64,000 nt of DNA, taken from Takakia lepidozioides. Its lineage: Eukaryota; Plantae; Bryophyta. Shown here in pieces: positions 12,291-22,243 of this stretch. The notes below the pieces were generated by a model that saw only the letters and a program-made list of their open reading frames with translations, had not been told where the DNA came from and made no database searches. The stretch lies in contig CM060732.1 in assembly GCA_030704615.1 (NCBI GenBank), positions 73,594,001 to 73,658,000 of the forward strand, read 5' to 3'. Numbering within the stretch: position 1 is the stretch's first letter; the number at the start of each line of letters is the position of its first letter. Position numbers and translations under genes: made by a program.

Positions 12291-12639
12291 TCCATGCATG
12301 AGCCAGCAGGATGACACTGGAGCTCGGTGGCATGGTGAGACGGACGAGGAGATGGTGCCGGGATGGCACGCATCTGCATTTTTGTGTATCTTGGCATCGG
12401 GAGGTCAGATTGGACCTACAACAGGGATGACTGTAGACGGAGTGTCTGAGGACCCTGAGGCTAGTGATGAGCTAGGTGGTGCCAGAGATATACATGAGGA
12501 TTCGGCTGTGTTGGACTACCTCCGCACGGGAGACACGGCAGCCATTGTGACTGCCAGGGAGAGGGATCGGATCCTGCAACGAGCCAAGAGGTTCAAGTGG
12601 GAGGGGATACACCTACTTCGAGTGTGGGAGGATGGTCGG

Positions 12640-13745
12640 GTGAGGATTGTGCCTCACCCCACACAGCGTGCACGGTTAGTGCGGCATGCCCATGAGGAGT
12701 TGGGGCATTTGGAGTGCGACGCACTCACAGTTTACTGCAGGGGCAGTATTGGTGGCGTGGTATGCATACAGGTGCAACAGTTTGTGGCTAGGTGCATGGT
12801 GTGTGACAGGGTGCGTGCTTCATTCAACGCCCCTACACCACAGTTGCATCCTTTACCTATCATGGGATTGGGCTACAGGTGGAGTCTTGACTTCGCAGGA
12901 CCGTTGCCACTGACTATGCGCCACCACAGATATGTGTTGGTGATGGTGGAGCACTTCTCCAAGTGGATTGAGTTGGTTCCATTGCCTGACAAGGCTAGTG
13001 AGGGGGCTGCGTATGCATTCTTGGATCGTGTGTTAGCCGATTTGGTGCTCCAGCTGAGGTACTCACGGACCAAGGGAGAGAGTTCTTGGGGGAGTTTCAG
13101 GCTTTGTGTGATAAAGCCTTGATAGACCACCGCACCACTTCTCGGGATCATCCTGAGGCCGATGGCTTAGCAGAGAGAGTTGTTCAGACGGTGAAGAGGG
13201 GTTTGCGCAAGTATGGCTTGCAGAAGGGACACCTAGGAGATTGGGATCTTCAGGTTCCTTGGTTAGCCATGGGCTACAGGTTCAGCAAACAAGCATCACT
13301 TGCCTCCTTCTCACCATATTTCCTTCTCTTTGGCCGAGAGCCGGATTTGCCTGCAGCCATTCGTAGGGACACTGCTCAAGTCCTTAACCTTGACGATCCG
13401 GACGTGTGGGTACGTGCATGTGATCAGCGTGCAGAGTTGTTCAAGAAAGTCATGCCCATGGCTTTTGAGAACCTTGCCATTGCACAGCACCGTGTGATAC
13501 GTTGAGGTATGCCACTATACGTGGTGGAGGATATCGTCCTGGGGTTCGGAGGTTTAGCCCTGGTGACTATGTTTATTTGCAGCAGACTGCTCCTACGACT
13601 CTGGATGTTACTGCAGGGCGTGTTATTCTGAGGGTTCGAGAGGTGTTGCCCTCAGGGGTCCTGATCTTGGAGGGTCGGGATGGCATGACTTGGAAGGACC
13701 ATGTGCGTAATTGTGCGCCATGTCACCTTCCCAATGTCGATGGCA
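12640..13745 (+). CDS. Integrase (HHCC zinc domain, DDE core, C-terminal region), frameshifted
   Basis: HEELGH...CMVC, WSLDFAGP, VMVEHFSKW, TDQGREF, ADGLAERVVQTVK, SPYFLLFGR, FSPGDYVYL. Confidence 0.93.
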
Positions 13746-13786
13746 GAGTTGACCCAAACTTGGCAGTGGTACCTGCAGGTTTGAGG

Positions 13787-13930
13787 TGCATGCTCTGTGG
13801 GTCTGCCAAAGGGGCAGCCACCATGCTGGTGTGTGATCGATGCTCAAGGGGTTGGCATATGGGATGCTTGACACCACCTCTTGAGAAGGTTCCTGACGGA
13901 GATTGGTTGTGTCCACACTGCTTGGGATAG
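13787..13930 (+). CDS. PHD finger at the C-terminus of the polyprotein
   Basis: C4HC3 pattern CMLC...MLVCDRCSRGWHMGCLTPPLEKVPDGDWLCPHC, followed by LG and stop. Confidence 0.92.
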   Translation, partial: CMLCGSAKGAATMLVCDRCSRGWHMGCLTPPLEKVPDGDWLCPHCLG

Positions 13931-14190
13931 TGGCAGTGGACATGACTGGAGGCAGCTAACAAGACATGGGAGGCCAAGCTCATAGGAGTCAATACATGAG
14001 ATCCCAAGCTCAAGTTCACAGGTTGCAAGACGGCGACTAACGATGGGGCAACTCTTGCACCCGGCCTCTTGATCTATCGAGTTTGAGTGTAGTAGGGATA
14101 GTGGTGGAGGACTTAGTGAGGCTATGGTCACTATCACATCTTGTGGCTACCTGGACTTAGAGGGACCTAAGCACCAGCTAGGGGGGCGAT

Positions 14191-14378
14191 TGTGTGGACT
14201 AGTGACTGCCATAGTGGGCAGCATAGTGGCAGCCTAGTGACTGACTAGTTGTAGCCTAGTGGTTGGACTAGTGGCTGGACTAGTGGTAGACTAGTGGTAT
14301 ACTAGTGTGTGGTGTGCACATGTGTTGTGTGGTTTTGGACAGCGATGTAGTTGTGTAGCGATATGTATGCGCACGACA
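14191..14378 (+). repeat. Shared LTR (3' LTR of copy 1 = 5' LTR of copy 2), 188 bp
   Basis: TGTGTGG...GCACGACA, preceded by PPT and followed by the internal leader (atggtaagactgggg). Homologous to 29400-29577. Confidence 0.88.
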
Positions 14379-15101
14379 ATGGTAAGACTGGGGTGATGAC
14401 TAGTCAGACCATCATTGTTTCTCCTGTGGTGAGGTTAGAAGTGATTATCAACCAACCATGGGAGTACCTGTGGTGGATGCAGGTGCAGGTGCAGGCTATG
14501 TTAGGGACCTAGTATTCAAAACCATAAACCGCAACAGGTTCTCTACCCAGTTACCTTGTGGAGAGGGGGTTAGGGACATGTTCATGACCGGTTGAGTGTC
14601 AGTTTGACAACATGGAGGTGCCACTAGTTGTTGTGGAGAGTGTCGGTTCGAGCACTAGTGATACTAGTAGGACAGACGAGGTGTGGTTTACGCCACCTTC
14701 ACCTCCTGTGTCTTCTACGGAAGGTTCTGATTCGGATTGTGAATCAGGGGGAATCACACAAGCGGTGCAAGTTGTTGCCTGCCGTTGTTGTGGGATACAA
14801 TGGAGATGTATGGAGCTACCAAGGGGCCACGTAGGTACTCTGGAGCAGTGGGCACCATTGAGCTGGACGATTTTATCCAAGAGTTGAAATTGGTGTGATT
14901 TGCAGCAAATGCGCAATCCACAACTATTTACCCCTTTCATGGCATGGAAGGGGTTGTTTCAGCACCTTGAGGGGCCGCCCATAGATGATTATTATGAGTA
15001 GGCGGGGGACATGAGGTTGAGATCGAGGAGTGGAGGATGTTTTGCGTCACTTATAGCTTCATCAAACTGTAACTCCAGCATACATCTTGGAGAATCATTG
15101 T

Positions 15102-15238
15102 CAGGGATGCCTCGGCGTGAGCCTGGTCACGTGAGCGCGTGAGCGCAACTGCGCTCACGCCACGTCACCTTACGCAAATGCCACGTCACGGGGCTCAGTC
15201 CACGTCATCACACGTGAAGGCCGCGTCACCACGCGCCC
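15102..15238 (+). repeat. Left TIR and subterminal GCGTGAGC/CCACGTCA motifs
   Basis: cagggatgcctcggcgtgagcctggtcacgtgagcgcgtgagcg vs reverse complement of right end caacgacgccatggcgtgagcgttgtacgtgagcgcgcgagcg. Confidence 0.8.
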
Positions 15239-15309
15239 AGAAAGAAATGGAGTGTATTCCCGCGGATTGGCACCCTTTACCGCGGAAACAAGCTGGACGA
15301 CATAATAAA

Positions 15310-15680
15310 AGGCATTGAATAAAGGATGGATGATGTACAGTTGGATGATAAACAGATGGATGAGTGTGAAAATGAATGTAGATGGATGAATGACGGATGG
15401 ATAAGAGTAAAATGGATGAATGTATAATGGATGTTGAGCAATGACAAAAATTCATGACAGGAAGATGCATGACCAAATCTTTTGACGAATGCACAACGTA
15501 TATGAAATGAGTGTGGAAGGTTTGTGGGGGTGGATTAAAGAGTACAGAGGATGAATGTACAATGGATGTTGTACAAATGAAGCTTTCATGAATGGAGCAC
15601 GCATGAATACAGTGTAGATGAATGCACAATGGATATGAGAAGAGTCATGAAGGTTTGTGAGATGGATTCATACATATAGC
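15310..15680. repeat. Low-complexity (TGGATGAA)n-like degenerate repeat in MULE subterminal region
   Basis: Repeated ggatgaatg/atggatg motifs. Confidence 0.6.
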
Positions 15681-16123
15681 AATTTAAACGAAAGTTGATT
15701 CTGTGGTATTATTTGTTCTAAAGGAACAACTACGGTGGAGGAAGGGGATTCAACGTTTTCCAGATAATATGAAAATGAATATTAAAAGAATACAGTTCAG
15801 TCTGACTCAGAGTCAGTACAATGTATCCCCTCTTCCTCTGCATCTAAGTCTAAGTATTTTAGAACACCGGATCCACGCTGGATACACCTACGGCTGGCCA
15901 CTAAAAGCCAGGGATAGGGACTCGGCCGCGTGAAGTGCCATTGCTTCGGCATAAACAGGAAGCAGAAAATTGGAAAGGGGGCTGTCGAAAACAGACTCGC
16001 CAGAAATGACTGTATCTCCTGAAGATCCACCGCTGCCTTTCCTGAAAGACAGCCTGAAAAAGTTATACTGTAACTTTGATGTTATCGAGAAATTGAGTAT
16101 GACTCCCAAAGAGGGTTTAACAC

Positions 16124-19100
16124 TTACTCACATGAAAAGTCGTTGTCGACCTGCTTATCTTCGGGATCGTCATCATTTTGAATTGAATCCGATCAGTCTG
16201 TGTGCCTGAAGTGGAGCCAGACAAAAGGGGGGAGGAGCACGGTGTTGTAGAGGTCAGAATCACCCTCCATGCCAAAAAGGCTTCTTCCGCCTGCCTTGCA
16301 TGCGTGGTAAGTTGCTCCTGCACCAGACAGGAGAACAAACAGTTGGAGGGGGGGATTTAAGCAGATGAAACTGTTGAAATGAAACCAATCGGAAAGGAAA
16401 AAACCTGTGGACACAGAAAGATCGACCACCCGTGCAGAGCGGTGGCTGCATGACTCTAGCAGTATTTGCATGAATGCTGGTGACTTTCCTTGCACCTCTC
16501 CAGGGAGTGCCATCTGGTCTCTTCAGAGTCTGACTGGACTGCATGAAGTTGTACAAAATGTCATCGACATGGGCTCATAGGGGGGGTTGACGAAACAACC
16601 CTGGTCAGAAATCTCAAAGCTGCGGATGGAGGATGGTGTCTTTGATGTGCAATCCTCCGCAGGCAGATCGCCTCGAACATCCTCGTCTGGCAAAGATAGC
16701 AGGTTAGTGTGGTAAACACAATCTATAGTGGAAGTGTGTACATCGGCTATTTCAGAACTCTGACACAAAAAAATCATGAATCGGTGATGATCGGTGTCGA
16801 TCATAAAACATTCTACTAGAGTGGAGCTGCAGAGAAAAGAAAATTGAAACTCATGATCAAAGCACAAGCAGAAGGAGACGGCATACCAGCTGACCAGGGA
16901 AACCCCCTTTCACAAGGTATAGGCTGTTCACACAATTCCATGTGCGCAAAACTTCAAAACCCTGAAGACTTGAGGTATGATGCCAATGCCCGACGACTAT
17001 CATTGTCACATGACTGAAAAAGCAGAAGTGTCCCTGCATCAGAGAGGAAATTGTTACAGAACCCGAACACCCAACTCCAGTAGTTGTCCTCGAATTTGTT
17101 CCAGCCTGGCGTCTTGCCCTTTGGAAGAACTTCTGGCACAGCCTGGCCATCCGGGATGTCGAGAATGAATGAATGTCGGCCGCATAAGTTTTCTGCACAC
17201 CGCACACGAAGGTGGGACCTGTGCTCACCTGCAACAGACATGTTTTTTATAAGAACGATGGCAAGATGTTTTCAAAGAACGAGACTGAAATACTGCCAAC
17301 GAAACTTTCAGAGAAAAAGGAAAGAAACTGGAATTCTCACCAGATTGAGGAATGAGATTATATTGTCCCAGGTAGGGGATGGCACCCCAGTGTATCCTCT
17401 CTTTCGACTCTGCATCATCGAAAGCCAACCCTCATTAACAATTTTCATCTCTCCTGCTGAATCAGAACGGGAAGGGTGTGGCTTGGCATCGAACACGCAC
17501 TGAAGAGTGCGGGTATATCTTCCAGCAGTAAAGTCCTGCCCACTCTCCATCTCCTTTTCATTTCTTCCCCTTGTCCTTTTCCTTCTCTTTGGACTTGTCT
17601 TTGTCCTTTGGCTTGCTGGTGAGATGGCTATGACATCAACAGCCTTGTCTTTTGGTTTGCGGCCCGCCTTCTTCCCTTCTGCGGCGTTCCCTGAGCATCA
17701 GGCTCCTTGGCAGCCAATGTTGCTATGTTTCGTTGATACTCTTCGTCAGTCAAAGGCGCCAGCATCTCAGCGTTATTGTTCAAGTATTTCATATGCTGTT
17801 CTTGAAAGGTCGTGTGCTCAGGTGGGCAGTCAAGGTACCACCCACAGTCTCTGAAGTGAGAAGGACTCCAGTCCTTCAATATCCCTGCAGTATACATGGT
17901 TGGATCGTTTGCAGGGTCCGACCACATGTCAAGATAGTCGGGAATTCCGCTCAGGTGATTTCCTTCCATAAGCACATATTTCGTGTACCTGAAAAAATGA
18001 GATAATCCCAAACCACAAAAGCGCTCAGTGAGTAAGATGCAAGAGAAAAACAGAAAGAATAAAACATAGATTGAAATGGCTCTGAGAACTGCTCCAAGGA
18101 CCTTTCAGGACCACACTACTGCTCCAGATATGAATGTCGTCAACGCCATTCAGAACATTCCATTCAATGACACTGTAAATACACCCTAATCCAGGTGAAT
18201 GCAAATTATCGTTTAGAAATGACACAGACATAGAAGTGAATGTCGTCAACGACATTCACTAATGAAGCCAAATTATTACTTAAATGAAGCAAAATCACAG
18301 GATGGAAATCAAAAAATTGTTAAGGAAACCCTCCAGGCAAACTCAATGCACATTCTAACGAACCTATCACTGAGGACCTCACAACATACTGTATGTGAAT
18401 GGCGTCAACGCCATTCACAAAAATACAAAAAAGAAACCAATTACTTAGCCCCCAATCCATGTAAATTGAATTTGTCGCTTTTGAATAATACAGACACAGC
18501 TGTGAATGTCGTCAACGACATTCACTTTGGATTTCTTAAAACAGAGCTTATCAAGCCTCCACATTCATCGCAAGAGGCAAAACAATGCAGAAACAACTGA
18601 ATGTCTGCATTGACATTCAGCAAAATGAAGTGAGGAACCCTCACTGTACCTCTATGGACATTACAAAATTTAAATAACTCTGAGGACCTCTCAACAACTC
18701 CGTAGTGAATGTCGTCACGCCATTCAAGGACATTATCAATTCTAATCAGGGACAATATAATTGCACCCTTAGATCCTAACCAGGTGAATTCATATACTCG
18801 CTTAAGAATGACTCAGACAAAGAAGTGAATGTCGTCAACGACATTTCAATCTGAATCTAAGATTGCAATCCATATGAAGCCACATTTTTTCCCAAAAAAA
18901 AAACATAGAGTTTCAAGTATGACATTGCACCTGTACACAACTCGCATCATGGCCCACTCTCCTCCAACCTGACTGTCAAAGTCGTTGGAAGGAAAAATGT
19001 TACCATCTTTGGAGAACTCCCGGAAAAAACAGTATCTCCAGGTGAGACCTCTCCACTTCCTTATGTATGCCTCCAATGACATTTGGGGAGGGGAAACAAT

Positions 19101-21395
19101 CGCAATGTTCGGTCCTTCAAGTCTGATCCAGCACATGACGGACGCGCTTTTTCGAGCTGCAAATTGTATATTTGTCAGAATTGCAAAAAAAAAAAAGACA
19201 CATCACATCTTGAAGGAAGAGAAGAAGCAAGCAACAGCCATTCGATCTGACCCAAAATGTAGCCCCTTGTGGAGCCAGTTCTCAAACACAAATCACTGAT
19301 TTCCTTCCACCTTTGTGCCAGGCTGTATGGTGCTCTTTGGGAACTGATTCAAGTCCTTACTGTTTGATCTGAGTTCCATATCTCAGCCACCTTATTTTTG
19401 TGTTGTGGGTCGACCATCGATATGGCCAGCCGGTGCAATTTCTCCTGCTGCATCTCCGGATGCACATGCTTGTCATAGTGTGTTTTGATCTGCTGAAGGA
19501 ACTCAGGACCAAGTCCAGGATCTACTATTCTAAGCTGCTTTCCGAAGGCTGACATCAATTTGGTTCTTCGCATTTCAAACTCCTTCTTTATTGCAGCTTC
19601 CACCCCTTTGATGTCCTTAGTTCCTCTGGTGTCGGTAATATTCGGATTTTCCCTTCTCAGCTGCCTCTGCCAGTTCTTGCTGCATTCATTCAAGTAGTGA
19701 TTAGCTCCGAAGGGACTACAAACATGTATTCGAAAAGTAAACAGATTACAGACTCGGGCTTACCGCATACATGTACTCCAGAAACGCCTCTCGTGTCAAA
19801 GAATACCAAGTGCCTGCAGCTCTTCCTGTTTCGCACTTCTTGATGATATTGGGTGGTAGTACTGTCCGAAAATCATCCAGCTTCATCAGACCAATCCTCT
19901 GAATTCGGAATAGTGTGTGAACCAAGCTTGTTGTCACATGCGATTTCTCTGTCGATCTGCAAAAACATTGGAAACATTTGCATTCCTTAACACTGTTTTT
20001 TGAGGATTAACAAGACACTACAGAGGGAATGAAATCTCCTGGATGACTTACTTGTTCACGTCGTGCATAGCTGTAAGAAGCCTAGCGATGTCGTTTCCTG
20101 GATCCAAAACCATTGCCTCCACAGCAACATGCTTGTCTTTGTCTTTCGAATGGTGTTTCTGAATGTATCCCATCCATGCCAGCAATCGGTGGTTGCCGTC
20201 CCAGACGTAGAACATGTGGTTGCAGAATTGCTGGGTGTTCTTTCCCATCATGAGGCCCAGCTCGAACTCCTCATTGGCATCTTTCCAGCACTCATCCAGT
20301 TATCACTGATCTCTGGAGACACTAATGTGCTTTTCCCATTTATATCCGTCAGTGACACATAAAAAACTTGTGCACCAAGTCTATATCCATGCACAAAATC
20401 ACTCTCCAAATTTTGTTATGTCATGGGAAAGAGGTGGACGCACAACAGGCATTGATATCATCCGGCACAGAGGTATGTCCAGACGCCCTCCAGATACGAG
20501 CATGTCCCTTATAACCTCCTGAGAGTTTACCTTCTGGAATGACATGAGTTCTTTCACCTTGTCAAGGTAGTGCACTTCGGATTCATCTGCTTCATCTGTA
20601 TTCTCTGAGCTTTTTGCGGACTCGTCCCCATCTCCAGATCCTTTCCCCTCTGATCCTGTAGGCTTCGACCTCACAGTTTTCTGCACGATGCCATTCAGTT
20701 CTGACTGAGTGATTTGCAAATAGTGAATGGCGGTAACGACCATCACTCTGTATCAAGGAAACTCACCATGAATGGTGTGAAAGAATTCAGCACAATCTAC
20801 ACATGCAAAGCTGAGACTGCCGTATTCAAAACAAAAGCGAGAGCGATAGCGAACGGCGTTAACGACAATCACAAAAGATAACGACCTGCCGGATCGGTGT
20901 TTGTAATGACATATATGTGCAACTGATTGGCGGCAACGACATTCAGTGTAGTTTAGGGAGAATAGTAAGTGCAGACTCTCTCTTCAAACACATAGGTACA
21001 TAAATCTCATGAGGAGAATCGAATGGCGTTAACGACGCTCGCAATTCAGTAGTTCCTGCTAAAGAAGGGAAGAGGAAGGACTCCTTGAAAGGCAATCAGA
21101 CAGACTATATGATAAAACTTACTGGCACCTTCTTAGGTTTGAAATTTGATCCCCTTCTGCAGCTTTCCTCTTCCCTCTCACATCTGCTGGAGTTTCTGTC
21201 TGCGCAAGGGTTTCTTGACCTTCTCCAGGTTCGGCGTTCCGCGTGCTTCCACCTTCTTCAGTGTCCCTGCGATCATCTCTGCCTCACAGGCTGGCGCACT
21301 CTTATCGCCGACTGTGTCGCAGCCGCTGCCTTCAATCAGTCTCCGTTCACCTGCTGCCTTGGCCCTGTGTTCTCCAACAAACGACGCCTCGTCAT
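16124..21395 (-). CDS. Spliced gene encoding a ParB/Srx-like domain and a C-terminal beta-class N4C/N6A DNA methyltransferase fold (frameshifted in this assembly)
   Basis: ParB-like IPLCRM...VRP...FYVWDGNHRLLAW (DGNHR at 20186-20200). MTase: ILDIPDG (17146-17160)...FLSDAGTLLLF...GFEVLRTW, then KSPAFMQILLESCSHRSARVVDLSVST-G-ATYHACKAGGRSLFGMEGD (intron 16318-16404), matching the KP..L...I...S..GD.VLDPF.GSGTT..AA...GR..IG.E pattern. GT-AG introns throughout. The single-gene model is inferred. Confidence 0.75.
18131..18848. repeat. Array of 7 palindromes GAATG(T/G)CGT-CA-ACG(A/C)CATTC in an intron
   Basis: Copies at ~18131, 18235, 18394, 18502, 18597, 18706 and 18826, spaced ~95-160 bp. Confidence 0.88.
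20722..21041. repeat. Second cluster (4 degenerate copies) of the same palindrome in intron 1
   Basis: agtgaatggcggtaacgaccatcact (20722), gaacggcgttaacgacaatc (20851), actgattggcggcaacgacattcagt (20922), cgaatggcgttaacgacgctcg (21020). Confidence 0.75.
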
Positions 21396-22243
21396 TTTCT
21401 CTCTTGCTCTGCGTCTCTCTCTAAGGGAAGTAAAATAAAGAGACTTTCTTCTCTTTCGTATTCTAGAAGGAACCCTCTCCAGCTTGACTACCACTCTCCT
21501 CTAAGCGCGAAAAGTAGAAAAACGCAGTGACTCCCGATTTCTTGCGGGATTGCCTGTGTTCTTGCGTGTCTCTAGAAGCATCGGATTCCCTCCCGCGTGA
21601 CCGTTACACATAGTCGTTCCTTATTAGTGCACATGCCAGCAATTGGTGTACAGCTGTTCGTATTCAGTTATGGATGTCTGACGTGTGCCGCCCAAAAAAA
21701 CGGCGTGTTCTTTATTAGAACGGGTTCAATATTTAAAAAGAACAGCGAATCCCAGAAATTGATGGCGCAGTCTTAAACAAATAAATAATGAACGAGAGTT
21801 TGATGACAAATTTTGGAATATCATACACGGTCATCCTTGTTAGCCAAACCCCACATTCGTTTCACATTTGGAACTTTCCAGGTGCGCATGATCATTGGTA
21901 GTAGTATATAGATACATTTACTTAATCTGCAATCCCATTCTCAGATCCTGTGGCATGCTTCCAGGAAGTCGGCTTTGTTATTGGGTTTATTGATGAGGTT
22001 CTGATTAACGGTTTAACAGTTGCCGACACTGCCCCTAGGGATACTCTGACCACTGGGCCCACAGAAAAGTAATTAAAATGGACGGCTGCATATCTGGAAA
22101 GAATAACATAATATGCACAGTCGTTATCTGAGCTTCCTCCGCCATATTCTCTGCTCATTCTTCAACTGTGTTCTGGAGACAGCAGTAAACCGATTTACAC
22201 TAGATCTGCGATAGCAAGGTACAAACATACTCGAGGAAGGAAG

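Larger units (their letters stand above)
6426..14378 (+). mobile_element. Ty3/Gypsy LTR retrotransposon, copy 1 (gag-PR-DNMT-RT-RH-INT-PHD); 5' LTR not present
   Basis: Domain order PR-RT-RH-INT. PPT aggggggcga at ~14180-14189 followed by TG...CA LTR. 6426 onward (atggtgaggctgggg) matches the sequence after the LTR at 14379. Confidence 0.93.

Noticed and set aside
16577-16592. NPPY in ORF 16523-16867 as the MTase catalytic motif
   Set aside because: It lies in the variable region between motifs VIII and X, spans a 7-base homopolymer near frameshifts, and lacks the preceding hydrophobic strand. The structural motif IV position is DIPDG at 17146-17160.
18131-18848. CRISPR array interpretation of the spaced palindromes
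   Set aside because: Spacers are 70-135 bp, variable and partly homologous to each other; repeats are degenerate; no cas genes; eukaryotic intron context.
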